Of a stretch of DNA of 64,000 bases, positions 9,563 to 19,469 are shown one piece after another. Within the stretch, counting starts at the first letter, position 1. The number at the start of each line of letters is the position of its first letter. This DNA is from an uncultured delta proteobacterium (GTDB taxonomy: Bacteria > Desulfobacterota > BSN033 > UBA1163): NCBI GenBank assembly GCA_963827685.1, contig CAWHBU010000002.1, forward strand, positions 928,001-992,000. Reading direction: 5' to 3'. Position numbers and translations under genes: made by a program. The notes beneath the pieces are model-generated. The model ran no database searches. It was not told the DNA's origin and saw only the letters and a list, made by a program, of their open reading frames with translations.

Positions 9563-10125
9563 GTTGAAGCTTCTTCGATGGATTTGTAGATCAGGAAGCT
9601 TTCTTCTGCGGGCTTTAACTCTTTTGGGTCTTTAAGTTTAATATCCTCATCGAACTGCATCTCATACTCTATGATGCTGTTTTCCTTCTTCTTGTAGGCT
9701 ATTCTCCATGCCTTAATATCTTGGTGGCTGGCTTCGCTTATGTCAGATGTCTTAACGAAAGTGTCAGCATATATTTCAATCAATTCAGACATCTTCTTAA
9801 CTTCATAAGGAGAGAAATACTCTAAATTTGGGCGCCCCTTTGCGATAATAATAAACTTGTTTTCTTCCAATTCCCTAAAATCAAAGCATTCGCTCTTTAA
9901 GGTTTTTCTGTTACTATATATCTCAATAGGTACCGGCCCTTTTCCCATGGCAAGATATTTAAGACCTAACGCGGGATGACCCGTCTCTTCTAAACTCTTG
10001 AAATCCAGGAACGCAAGGTATTTGTATAGAAAGGTCTGAGCAAGAGGCTTCCCTGTGCTTTCCCTGTGCTTGAGGGCAAAAAAGCAAATTGCGTTTTCAA
10101 CCTTTTCCTTTTGATAAGCTATCAA
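9559..10125 (-). CDS. Panacea domain (DUF4065/SocA-like) antitoxin
   Basis: LYKYLAFLDF...G..Y.AM.KGPVP (GPV motif), ISEASH...AW; RBS GAGGAGGT before TTG start. Confidence 0.85.
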   Translation of the reverse strand: MIAYQKEKVENAICFFALKHRESTGKPLAQTFLYKYLAFLDFKSLEETGHPALGLKYLAMGKGPVPIEIYSNRKTLKSECFDFRELEENKFIIIAKGRPNLEYFSPYEVKKMSELIEIYADTFVKTSDISEASHQDIKAWRIAYKKKENSIIEYEMQFDEDIKLKDPKELKPAEESFLIYKSIEEAST

Positions 10126-10617
10126 CTTGTGTTTACCTCCTCTTGATTAAGAAATATTACGGTCAACTCAATTTGTCAAGCAATTTCCGTACCGTCTTGC
10201 AAGAAAAACACAACTTATTAATAACAATAATATTTTCCTAAAGTAAGAAATCCTTTTTCTGGATATAAGGTAAAAATTTTTCAATAAATGAGCGATTTTG
10301 GGCCGTCTTTTCCAAATCCTGATTATAATACCGACAATATAGCGGATTTTTTTGAAGTCAGAACTTCCTTCTTTAAAGTCCGAGATCAAGTCACAAAATG
10401 ACTTGCCATCCTAATTTGACAATATGAAATTTCAAGAATCTTCCCACCCTTTTCTCGTTCCGCCTGTTGTAAACTTGTTGTGAAAATTGATGTGACTCCA
10501 GCGTGAAAATCAGTGTTTTTCTGTGATGCAGAGTGATATTTCAATTTGGTCTCTTCTCCAATGCTATTAAGAACTTTACTTTAATTTAAAGATGTTAGAG
10601 CGTTGGCCCTGATCGAC

Positions 10618-10656
10618 TCCGGAGACCAACGCTCTATCCAACTGAGCTAATCGCCC
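10618..10656 (-). repeat. att site: duplicated 5' 39 nt of tRNA-Arg(CCG)
   Basis: Identical to 4044-4082; identity stops at the end of the anticodon loop CTCCGGA. Confidence 0.92.
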
Positions 10657-10756
10657 GGCTTCGAATTCTATTTATCACAATTTGATAGAAACTGCCAATT
10701 TTTCTGCACAAGCATCGAGTTTGGGGTCATAGACTTCCATTTGAATGCCCATGCTC

Positions 10757-10966
10757 CTATCTCCTGAGTGATCCGCCTTCATTTTTCTCATATTTTCCCC
10801 AGGTTCTCAAACTTTCCTGCGATGTCAGAATTTGATGATTACCCTGCTCTTCTCTCAACACTACCCAATCACCATCAAGGACAACTTCTGATACCACATA
10901 AATATTCTTACTATCTGGCTTGATAAATCGATCACCCTTCTCAGCCTTCTCCACATTCAACTCCAA
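10757..10966 (-). CDS. Small hypothetical protein
   Basis: 69 aa, beta-rich protein-like sequence (KGDRF...IYVVSEV...WVVLRE). Confidence 0.5.
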   Translation of the reverse strand: MELNVEKAEKGDRFIKPDSKNIYVVSEVVLDGDWVVLREEQGNHQILTSQESLRTWGKYEKNEGGSLRR

Positions 10967-11120
10967 TGAGTTTATCCTGGAAGACCCCTCACAGAATTCT
11001 TTAGATGAGTACCGAACAGAGAAACCAGATAAAAGAGAAGATAGTGGCCCATTTCAAAAAGCCTAAATCCTAATCCATCGGCCTTCTCGATATCAATCTC
11101 AAGCTAAAAAATGTATCGTT

Positions 11121-11366
11121 TTACTTTAATATATCTTGTAATTCTCCCAGGCTTCTATAAAGCTCTTTCGCAATTTCTAACGATGCGAAGATTAGATATA
11201 GTGTGTAAATCATGACAAGGACGGTCAGTACTATCTTTAATGTCTTGCTAAACTTAGGACTTTTATAAAGCAGTGGCAGCCCAAAGGGTCCTAATACAAA
11301 AAATAAAAGAAGAACCACACTGATCGGTCTCAAATACCATTTAATTTTTCTATCTTCTTCGCGCAT
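11121..11366 (-). CDS. Small membrane protein
   Basis: KWY..P..VVLLLFFVLGPFGLPLLYKSPKFS, two TM segments. Confidence 0.75.
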   Translation of the reverse strand: MREEDRKIKWYLRPISVVLLLFFVLGPFGLPLLYKSPKFSKTLKIVLTVLVMIYTLYLIFASLEIAKELYRSLGELQDILK

Positions 11367-11464
11367 TTTATATCGTCAGGACACCTTCTCTCCACACTCT
11401 CACAGCATCAGCCTCTTCGACTATGCTCTCAAAATCAACCCCCCCTTTTAGGTTTGGACTCGTA

Positions 11465-11791
11465 TCAGGCATGGCCTTCACTTCCTCCAACAATGCCGGA
11501 AGCGGCTTCATTGGCTTTCTGAATGAGCCATTCCCCTAAGGAGCGTGCAATATCAGGACGAACCACCACACCAATTTGGGACTCACGGACATGAACTTGA
11601 CCCTCTCTGGTTATCTCCACAGGGGGCCGGCCAGGTTCGACTTTGATCTGGACCGATTCAGGAATTTCCAATTTCTCAACAAATAGATCAAAAATTATTT
11701 CTCCCTGGGGGTTTACACCCCCCCATGCGCCCGTAACAGGGATGATTCTATAATCCCGTGCCTTCTTAAAAGCAATTTTAATTTCCGGCAT
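11465..11791 (-). CDS. Hypothetical protein
   Basis: RBS GGAGGAG before ATG 11791; YRIIPVTGAWGGVNPQGEI motif. Confidence 0.7.
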   Translation of the reverse strand: MPEIKIAFKKARDYRIIPVTGAWGGVNPQGEIIFDLFVEKLEIPESVQIKVEPGRPPVEITREGQVHVRESQIGVVVRPDIARSLGEWLIQKANEAASGIVGGSEGHA

Positions 11792-12174
11792 TTTTCTCCT
11801 CCTTGATTGCCCAAAAAATGTGATTGAACACGATTGGGCCACCGAACAAAAATGATGCCACCCTATCTAAGGTTAGAATTTAATAACCGATGGCTTCCAT
11901 CTCAATTGGAGTGTATTAAATTATGAACAGGGTGTCAATAGGAATTGAAATGGGGATTCCAATTTCCCGCACTTATTGGCATCCACTCCATAGGGCTTGG
12001 AATGAGCGACAAATATGTAGAAGCCGGGATGGGCTCAACTGAAGCCAGAGACAAAACGGCCTGTCATCACTCAAGTATTTGCCACAGACAACCCGAGACG
12101 TTCATCAGCACAATGCCATTGGCCACCCTTTTCGGGCTCCTCAAGCTCTCGAGAGGTCGGAGGTACGAATTCCC

Positions 12175-12203
12175 TTGCTATTCGCCCAGCGATAATGTAT
12201 AGT
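12175..12203 (+). promoter_or_regulatory. Putative sigma70 promoter of the sigma factor-RRM operon
   Basis: TTGCTA-17-TATAGT. Confidence 0.55.
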
Positions 12204-12249
12204 AAAGTCAAATTTAGTTGTAAAGAGCTTATGATCGTTCCAAAAGGGG

Positions 12250-12295
12250 GAAAGCCGCAAAGAACTCTAAGGAACTTCTTTGCGGTTTTCTAATT
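12250..12295 (+). terminator. Terminator/attenuator-like hairpin in the 5' leader
   Basis: GAAAGCCGCAAAGAA...TTCTTTGCGGTTTTC stem followed by T-rich sequence, between promoter and CDS. Confidence 0.6.
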
Positions 12296-12356
12296 AAGCG
12301 TTGATTCCTTCCTTGTCCGACGGAACCCTTCACCGTGATTCATTAAAATAAATCTA

Positions 12357-14015
12357 ATGCGAAGAAATTGGAAAAAGGAGAGAGGTTTGGGAGACCAGGT
12401 TTCAGACAAATCTTACCTATTTGAGCCAACCGAAGATCCCATCATCCTATCCGATGAGTTGGATATGGATATATTCGTCGAGCTACCTGTCATCGAAGCA
12501 CAGAATGAAAATGTCCAAACAGCGGAGGAGGAAGCTGCTGAAGTCGGATACGTGGGGCTTCCTGGAAAAGCGATCGATCCTGTCCGGATCTACCTGAAAG
12601 AGATGGGATCATTTCCGCTATTGACTCGTGAGGGGGAGGTGGAGGTGGCGAAGAGGATCGAAAGCGGACAGCAGGAGGTCCTCAGTGTGGTGCTCAGCTG
12701 CCCTGTTTCGATCAGGGAGATCGTCAACCTTGGAAAAGCTCTCCGAACCGGAAGAATCAAGATCAGTCAGGTCACCAATGAGATCGACGATGAGGAAACG
12801 AATATCAAGGCAGAAAGGCTTCAAGAAACAAGGATTCTCCGCCTCATCGATAAAATCCGGAGGGGAGGAAATAAAATTCAACTTCTTCAAAAGAGGTTGA
12901 AGGGCATGAAAAGGAAGTCCTCTAAAAAGAAGATTGAGGGAGAGATTATTAAGAAACAGGCTGACATACTCAATGCTTTTAGACGGATCAACTTAAGAGG
13001 AGAACAGATCGGCAAGATCATTCTGCGGCTAAAGCAGCTCGACATTCAGATGGAAAGGGCCAAACAGGAGGTAAGGAAAATTGGCTCAGACTTAGGGATT
13101 TCAATCCAAGGGACTAAAAAATCTCTGAAGATGGAGAAGGTGAGCCTGAAGCGAAAAGATCTGGAGGAGATGAACAGGATCGTCCGTAATTCCAAACGTA
13201 GAATAAGCAGGATGGAGTCGGAATGTGGCCTCTCTTCGGAGCGGCTCAAAGAGGCGCTGAGAGCGATTGAGAAAGGAGAAACCAAGATCAAGGAGGCGAA
13301 AGCTGAATTGATCAAGGCCAATCTGAGATTAGTCATCTCCATTGCCAAGAGATATTTGAATCGAGGACTCCAATTTCTGGATTTGATTCAAGAGGGGAAT
13401 ATTGGGTTAATGAGGGCAGTTGAAAAGTTCGAATACCAAAGGGGCTATAAGTTCGGTACCTATGCCACCTGGTGGGTTCGTCAGGCCATCACCCGCGCCA
13501 TCGCTGACCAAGCCCGGACCATACGCATCCCAGTCCATATGATCGAGATCATCAACAAGCTGAACCGGACCTCTCGATCTCTGGTTCAGCAGATGGGGAG
13601 GGAACCTACCCTGGAGGAGATCGCCGAAAGAATGGGAGTCCCCCTGCATCACGTTCAGAAGATTCTCAAGGTCAGTAAAAAAACCATCTCCCTTGAAACC
13701 CCTGTCGGCGAGGAGGAGGATGGCCGCCTGGAGGATTTTATCGAGGATAAGGGATCCATTTCCCCTCAGGATGCCGCCATCATTTCCAATCTCGCCAAAC
13801 AGACTCAGACTGTACTCTCAACCTTGGATAAGCGCGAGGAAAAGATTCTAAGGATGCGCTTTGGGATTGGGGAGAAACACGACCATACTCTGGAGGAGGT
13901 GGGACAGGACTTTAATGTAACACGGGAGCGGATCCGGCAGATTGAGGAGAAGGCACTGAGGAAATTAAAACATCCCAGTCGATCGGAAAAACTGAAGAGT
14001 TTTGTCGAATATTAA
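12357..14015 (+). CDS. RpoD-like sigma70 factor (probable paralogue; no canonical region 1.1)
   Basis: [60 protein letters not shown]; no dnaG upstream. Confidence 0.92.
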   Translation: MRRNWKKERGLGDQVSDKSYLFEPTEDPIILSDELDMDIFVELPVIEAQNENVQTAEEEAAEVGYVGLPGKAIDPVRIYLKEMGSFPLLTREGEVEVAKRIESGQQEVLSVVLSCPVSIREIVNLGKALRTGRIKISQVTNEIDDEETNIKAERLQETRILRLIDKIRRGGNKIQLLQKRLKGMKRKSSKKKIEGEIIKKQADILNAFRRINLRGEQIGKIILRLKQLDIQMERAKQEVRKIGSDLGISIQGTKKSLKMEKVSLKRKDLEEMNRIVRNSKRRISRMESECGLSSERLKEALRAIEKGETKIKEAKAELIKANLRLVISIAKRYLNRGLQFLDLIQEGNIGLMRAVEKFEYQRGYKFGTYATWWVRQAITRAIADQARTIRIPVHMIEIINKLNRTSRSLVQQMGREPTLEEIAERMGVPLHHVQKILKVSKKTISLETPVGEEEDGRLEDFIEDKGSISPQDAAIISNLAKQTQTVLSTLDKREEKILRMRFGIGEKHDHTLEEVGQDFNVTRERIRQIEEKALRKLKHPSRSEKLKSFVEY

Positions 14016-14029
14016 AAAGGAGAGAGACG

Positions 14030-14350
14030 ATGAACATTTATGTGGGAAATCTATCATTCGACGTGAAAGAGGAAAATCTTCAAACAGCCTTTGAAGCCTT
14101 CGGGCAGGTCAGCTCAGCGACGATCGTGAGAGATAAGTATAGTGGCCAACCTCGGGGTTTTGGCTTCGTCGAAATGCCAGATCAGAATGAGGCTCGCACG
14201 GCGATTGCGAACCTGAATGGAAAAGAGCTCCTGGGTCGCCAGATGAATGTGAATGAAGCTCGTCCTCGCCCTAACCGAGGAGGATCCGGAGGTTATGGGG
14301 GTCGAGGGGGAAGATCCAATTATGGTGGCGGTGGCAGGGGCCGTTATTAA
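14030..14350 (+). CDS. RRM RNA-binding protein with Gly/Arg-rich tail
   Basis: RNP2 IYVGNL, RNP1 RGFGFVEM, VNEARPR. Confidence 0.95.
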   Translation: MNIYVGNLSFDVKEENLQTAFEAFGQVSSATIVRDKYSGQPRGFGFVEMPDQNEARTAIANLNGKELLGRQMNVNEARPRPNRGGSGGYGGRGGRSNYGGGGRGRY

Positions 14351-14449
14351 AATCGGCGCAAAGCCTCTGAGCGGTGAAATGTGTGGGTTCGTTTCGTTTC
14401 ACTAAGAAGTTTTATGCTCAGAGCCACCTTTCTTATTTCAATAGATCTC

Positions 14450-14580
14450 AGTGGAGCCACGCGGCTAAAGCCATGGCCCGTCCACCGGTTCCGGTGGGCG
14501 AAACCCGCTGAAGCGAACTCTCCTTTGTTAAGGCTACGGAGGGTAATCCGTCCTAACGGTTTCATCCGTGGGTAAATTCG
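14450..14580. repeat. IS200/IS605-end-like palindromic remnant
   Basis: CCACGCGGCTAAAGCCATGG ... TTCATCCGTGGG with internal hairpins; no transposase. Confidence 0.45.
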
Positions 14581-14653
14581 TGCCTGCATATTCAAGTGCG
14601 TTACCACAAGCAGGCGTCGCCTTCTGCAAAGGCGGGCAAAAGAAGGGAGCAGG

Positions 14654-14818
14654 ATGCAAAGAAGAAGGCATGGGAGGATGCGTGTTTCAAGATCCCACCG
14701 TTCAAGCCGCCCAAAATCTTACAAAACGAATTGTGCGGGTTGTGGTAAAGAGGTCATCCTTCAAGTGCCACCCCTTGAGGGCAAAAAACTGATGTGTCTG
14801 GAGTGCTTCAAAAAATAA
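14654..14818 (+). CDS. CxxC-x17-CxxC zinc-ribbon protein, 54 aa
   Basis: Hand translation MQRRRHGRMRVSRSHRSSRPKSYKTNCAGCGKEVILQVPPLEGKKLMCLECFKK; exactly 17 residues between the CxxC pairs; not in ORF track. Confidence 0.8.
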   Translation: MQRRRHGRMRVSRSHRSSRPKSYKTNCAGCGKEVILQVPPLEGKKLMCLECFKK

Positions 14819-14863
14819 TCTTCTCCGCCACTTCTGCAATTGCAATCCAAAACTCAAAATGTT

Positions 14864-15301
14864 TTAAACCGGTTCAAGGATGATTGTAACCTTACCGTCA
14901 GGAAGAATCTGCGGTGAGGCTCTCATCTTCGTCCCAACTTTAATCTTTTTCAGATCCACCTTTGGGATCCAGCCCATCACTCTCAATCCACCCTCAACCT
15001 CCAGGAGTCCAATGGGGCAGGGCTCAAATGCAACAGTCGAAAAAGGCATGAGAGGCTGCCGCATTGCAAAATGCTCGGGTGGAACGAAAATCTTTGTAAA
15101 AGTAACAAGGGTTCCTTCCCCCTTCAACGGTCTCCACTCCATATCGCTGGACATACATTCTGAACAATCCGCCTGCGGCGGATAGTATCTCTTCCCGCAT
15201 TTTTTGCAGAGCGTTGACATAATCTTCCCTGCTGCAAGATCCTCCGCAAATCGAGCCACTTTTGTCTGTGAAATAGTTAAGGAGAAATTCTTGAAATCCA
15301 T
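14864..15301 (-). CDS. DUF35 Zn-ribbon/OB-fold protein (thiolase partner)
   Basis: CKKCG..YYPP..DC..C, GTLVTFT; directly follows the thiolase; start MDFKNF. Confidence 0.9.
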   Translation of the reverse strand: MDFKNFSLTISQTKVARFAEDLAAGKIMSTLCKKCGKRYYPPQADCSECMSSDMEWRPLKGEGTLVTFTKIFVPPEHFAMRQPLMPFSTVAFEPCPIGLLEVEGGLRVMGWIPKVDLKKIKVGTKMRASPQILPDGKVTIILEPV

Positions 15302-15302
15302 T

Positions 15303-16460
15303 CTACTCCCTCCTGAAGATATGGACAGCGACCACCTGTCCGGTTCCGCCGACGTTGTGAGTAAGGCCAATCTCAGCATTTTTCACCTGTCTCTCGCCCG
15401 CCTCCCCCCTCAACTGTTTCGTAATCTCAATAGCCATGGAAACCCCTGTGGCCCCGAGGGGATGGCCTTTCGATTTCAATCCCCCATCTACATTGACCGG
15501 AATCTTTCCTCCCACATAGGTCTCCTTCTCCTGAATCAGTTTTCCGCCTTCCCCTTTTTCACAGAAACCAAGGTCCTCATAAGCCACAATCTCCGCAATG
15601 GTAAAACAGTCATGGACCGTTGCGACATGAATATTGGACGGCCCCACTCCTGCCATCTGGTAAGCTATCCTTGCCGCTTCCCGGGTTGAAAGAATCGAGG
15701 TTAAACTTTTTCGGTCACCGATCCTCATCGTATCGGTCGCCAGACCAAGCCCCGCGATCCAGACCGGCTTTTTTGACAGGGCTCTTACTTTCTCTTCAGA
15801 AGCAAGAAGCACCGCAGCCGCCCCATCCGTAATAAGACTGCAATCGAAAAGTTTCAACGGATGAGCCACCGTGAATGAAGTGAGGGCTTTATCCAGGGTA
15901 ATCGGTTTCTGCATATGGGCATAAGGGTTAAGGCTTCCATAATAGTGATTCTTCACCGCGACCATAGCGAGCTGTTCTTCCGTCGTACCAAATTCAGCCA
16001 TATGGGCATTGGCAATCATCGCATAGTAACCCGGGAAAGTCGTACCAAATGGATATTCCCAAGTCGCGTCCCCTCCTCTGCCCATGATGTCTGTTGCCAC
16101 GCCGGTCGGGACTTCGGTCATCTTCTCCACGCCAACGACCAGAACGAGGTCGGCGAGGCCCGATGCGACATTCATCCATCCTGTTCTCAAAGCCATGCTC
16201 CCTGTGGCACAGGCTCCTTCCACACGGAAATTGGGTTTCGGGCAAAAACCGATATAGTCATGAACCTGTGCAGAGGGCTGTAGGGCCATGGAGAATTCAT
16301 CTCCTGCAATGCCTGTGACCATGCTTTCCACTTCTTTTAAGCCCACCCCTGCATCATCAAGGCATGCCTTGACGGCCTCAAAGGTCAATTCTCGAAGAGA
16401 GGCATCCGATCTCACTCCAAACTTTCCATGACCGATTCCAATGATAGCCACCTTTTTCAT
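15303..16460 (-). CDS. Thiolase (SCP2-thiolase-like)
   Basis: VEGACATG, VKNH, DCSLITDGAAA, HDCFT, GGLKSKGHPLGATG. Confidence 0.93.
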   Translation of the reverse strand: MKKVAIIGIGHGKFGVRSDASLRELTFEAVKACLDDAGVGLKEVESMVTGIAGDEFSMALQPSAQVHDYIGFCPKPNFRVEGACATGSMALRTGWMNVASGLADLVLVVGVEKMTEVPTGVATDIMGRGGDATWEYPFGTTFPGYYAMIANAHMAEFGTTEEQLAMVAVKNHYYGSLNPYAHMQKPITLDKALTSFTVAHPLKLFDCSLITDGAAAVLLASEEKVRALSKKPVWIAGLGLATDTMRIGDRKSLTSILSTREAARIAYQMAGVGPSNIHVATVHDCFTIAEIVAYEDLGFCEKGEGGKLIQEKETYVGGKIPVNVDGGLKSKGHPLGATGVSMAIEITKQLRGEAGERQVKNAEIGLTHNVGGTGQVVAVHIFRRE

Positions 16461-16468
16461 ATCCTTAC

Positions 16469-17623
16469 CTATCCTCTCTTTCCAATCACGGAGCTTGCAA
16501 TCGTATTTTTTTGAATCTCTCTTGTGCCTTCATAAATCTCGGTGATCCTTGCATCCCGATAGAACCGTTCCACTTCGTATTCTAACATATAGCCATAACC
16601 GCCATGAATCTGAATGGCCTCTTGCGCCACTTCCACGGCCACCCTTCCCGCAACCATCTTGGCCATGGAGGTCCATTTCGGCTCGATTCTGCCCTGGTCA
16701 AAATTCCAGCCTGCCTTATAGACCAGACATCTGGCCGCTTCAATCATGGTTGCCATATCAGCCAATTTATGCTGGATGACTTGAAACGCTGCCAACTTCT
16801 GACCAAACTGTTCCCTTTTCTTGGCATAATCGAGTGCGCGATCAAAAGCACCCTGAGCAATTCCCAGCGCCTGAGCGGCCACCATCACCCTGCTCTCATC
16901 AAAGAATTCGATCACTTGATAAAAACCTTTGTGGAGATTTCCGATGAGATTCTCTTCTGGGACCCGGACTTGGTCAAAAGACATCTCGGTCGTGGAGGTC
17001 ATCTTGATACCCATCTTCTCTCCCAGTTCACTCACCTCGAATCCTTTGCTCCCCTTTTCAACGATGAAGGTGGATTGGCCTCGGTAGCTTGGCTTTACCT
17101 CCGGATCGCTCTGACAAAGGACGATGGCAAAATTGGCGATGCTTCCGTTGGAGATGAAGGTCTTCACCCCATTGATCAAATATCCATTCCCATCTTTGAC
17201 AGATGTTGTGCGGACTTGAGTGAGATCGCTCCCATGATCCGGTTCGGTAAAAGCACCCGCAGAAATGGCCTCTCCTCGTGTGATGGGAATCAGATATTTT
17301 CTCTTCTGAGCCTCGTTTCCAAACCTCAAAATGATCTCCGAAGAGAAGTTAGCAATGCTCAGGCAAATTCCAACCCCTGAATCCCTTCTGCAGAAGGCTT
17401 CAACGATTAAGGCGTTTTCAAGGATTCCATATCCCTGCCCACCATAGGCCTCCGGGTAATGAATCCCGATAAATCCAAGCTGACACGCCTTCTTCACAAT
17501 GGCAAAAGGATATTGATGATTTCTTTCAAGCCCTAAAATCGCCTCTTTGTCAAATTCTCCCTTGGCAAATTCCTCCGCGGCCTTCTGAATCCCTTTCTGT
17601 TCTTCACTCAAATCGAAATCCAT
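16469..17623 (-). CDS. Acyl-CoA dehydrogenase
   Basis: FTEPDHGSD, INGVKTFISNG, REQFG, QIHGGYGY, IYEGT. Confidence 0.95.
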   Translation of the reverse strand: MDFDLSEEQKGIQKAAEEFAKGEFDKEAILGLERNHQYPFAIVKKACQLGFIGIHYPEAYGGQGYGILENALIVEAFCRRDSGVGICLSIANFSSEIILRFGNEAQKRKYLIPITRGEAISAGAFTEPDHGSDLTQVRTTSVKDGNGYLINGVKTFISNGSIANFAIVLCQSDPEVKPSYRGQSTFIVEKGSKGFEVSELGEKMGIKMTSTTEMSFDQVRVPEENLIGNLHKGFYQVIEFFDESRVMVAAQALGIAQGAFDRALDYAKKREQFGQKLAAFQVIQHKLADMATMIEAARCLVYKAGWNFDQGRIEPKWTSMAKMVAGRVAVEVAQEAIQIHGGYGYMLEYEVERFYRDARITEIYEGTREIQKNTIASSVIGKRG

Positions 17624-17652
17624 GTTTCTTCTCCTTTACGTTTGCAGGGACC

Positions 17653-19311
17653 CTATTCCATTACCTTCCTACGTTCCTCTTCTCGCATCTCGCGTCTCAG
17701 CATCTTCCCTACCTTCGATTTAGGCAGCATATCCCGAAATTCAATATAGGTAGGAACCTTGTATGGGGCTAACCGATCCCGGCACCATTTCATGAGCTCG
17801 TAACTGCTCACACCTCTCACATCTGTCTTAAGCACGACAAAGGCCTTGATTCGCTCACCCACACTCTCATCTGGAACACCTACCACACAGGCGGCGAGCA
17901 CAGCATGATGGGCCTGGAGCACTCTTTCCACTTCAGCAGCGGCAATTCGATAGCCTTTATGTTTAATCATATCCACGGATCGGTCCATGAAGAAGAGCCA
18001 CCGATTCTCATCCACACGAACAATATCTTTTGTTCGATACCAGATTTCACCATCGATATTCAAAAAGCATTCGGCCGTATCCTCAGGTTTATTCCAATAA
18101 GCTTTGACCCCATTGTCACAGGTTCCTATTAGTTCTCCAGGCTCTCCGGGTGGGACTTTCTTAAGGGTTTCAGAGTCCACCAGTTTAAACCGATCCGTGG
18201 GCAAGATTTTCCCTGCTGAACCCTCTGGTGGAATTCCATCTTTGGCATAAGAGAGCGAAATGGCTCCGCACAGTTCCGTCGCTCCATAGCCCTGGTATAA
18301 AGGGATGTTGAACCTCTTAAGCCACCGATTCCCTACCTCAACCGGCATGGCATCGCCACCTGTTCCACAATATCGAAGGGAACTGAAATCGTAGTAATCA
18401 ACTCGGTCATGCTCCAGAATCATTCGGTACATAGCAGGAACGGCAAACATATTTGTTGCTCTATATCTTTGAATATGATCAAACAGAGCATCTAAGACAA
18501 CCCGGGGCAACAGGATGACTGTCTCACCACCCACAATCAAAGGGGATAAAGCATCCATTTCACCGATGATGTGGTAAAGGGGAGCGGAGGACACGGTGAT
18601 ACATTCTCCCAATGGAGTAACCCCTTCACTTGCACTTCTCCACTCGAGCGCTCTTTTGAGAAAGAACTGTTCAGAAAGAGGAACGCCCTTTGGAAACCCA
18701 GTGGTGCCACCTGTGTAAAGCATGAGGGCTGTTCTGTCCTCATCCCTCTTTTGAAAAGGAGGGAGAGAGGAAGGACGGCCTTCCTTTAAAAGTTTATTAA
18801 AGGAGAAAAAATCCTTCCCCAAAGGAATCTTACCCTTCGGAACACGATCGAATCCTTTGCCAATAAGCCTTTTCCACCAGGGAACGAGATCGATCATATT
18901 GGTTACAATGACCCTTTTTAATGGGGTCTCAGGAAGAACCTCGACCACATAACTGAGGTTTGTATCCATGCACACAATCGTCTCAGCTCCACTGTCTCTA
19001 GCCAGATACTTGAGATCCTCAGCCGTATAAACAGGTGCCACCATGATCGGTATCATACCGAGACGCTGAACGGCTAACCAGGCGATGACGGTTTGAGGAA
19101 GATTATAAAGGTTCAAAATAACACGATCATCTTCCCCAATCCCTAATTGATGTAAGGATGCAGCAAATTGAAGCACCAGCTCTTTCAGTCCAGAATAAGG
19201 ATACCTTTCTCCAAGATGGATGAGTGCTGTCTTATTAGGATTTTTTTTTGTCGCCTCTTCAAAAGAACCATAAATGGTATCGGCAAGTAACTCCATCGGC
19301 TCCACCCTCAA
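17653..19311 (-). CDS. Long-chain-fatty-acid/aromatic acid CoA ligase
   Basis: YTGGTTGFPKG, QGYGATE, LPKSKVGK. Confidence 0.93.
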   Translation of the reverse strand: MRVEPMELLADTIYGSFEEATKKNPNKTALIHLGERYPYSGLKELVLQFAASLHQLGIGEDDRVILNLYNLPQTVIAWLAVQRLGMIPIMVAPVYTAEDLKYLARDSGAETIVCMDTNLSYVVEVLPETPLKRVIVTNMIDLVPWWKRLIGKGFDRVPKGKIPLGKDFFSFNKLLKEGRPSSLPPFQKRDEDRTALMLYTGGTTGFPKGVPLSEQFFLKRALEWRSASEGVTPLGECITVSSAPLYHIIGEMDALSPLIVGGETVILLPRVVLDALFDHIQRYRATNMFAVPAMYRMILEHDRVDYYDFSSLRYCGTGGDAMPVEVGNRWLKRFNIPLYQGYGATELCGAISLSYAKDGIPPEGSAGKILPTDRFKLVDSETLKKVPPGEPGELIGTCDNGVKAYWNKPEDTAECFLNIDGEIWYRTKDIVRVDENRWLFFMDRSVDMIKHKGYRIAAAEVERVLQAHHAVLAACVVGVPDESVGERIKAFVVLKTDVRGVSSYELMKWCRDRLAPYKVPTYIEFRDMLPKSKVGKMLRREMREEERRKVME

Positions 19312-19469
19312 TCTTAACTTGATATTGCTCTAATCCAACAGGTTTGGGATATCAAATCCCAAATCCCAAATCCCAAATAAATTCCAAGCTCCCATTCCAA
19401 ATCGTAAGACGAAAGGGTTAGAGAGTTTAAACGCTATGCGCCATGCGCTCTGCTCTTTGCCCTTAGCCA

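Larger units (their letters stand above)
4044..10656. mobile_element. tRNA-Arg-integrated genomic island remnant (no integrase seen)
   Basis: Exact 39 bp direct repeat 4044-4082 = 10618-10656 (tRNA 5' half through anticodon loop); enclosed DNA is visibly AT-richer and holds only accessory genes. Confidence 0.85.

Noticed and set aside
10618-10656. Second tRNA-Arg gene
   Set aside because: Only the 5' 39 nt are present; no T-arm or 3' acceptor strand follows, so it is an att repeat.
14352-14425. c-di-GMP-I riboswitch-like GCGCAAAGCC
   Set aside because: No preceding GGCAAAC/GNRA stem; CTCTGAGC/GCTCAGAG is better explained as a simple 3' hairpin of the RRM gene.
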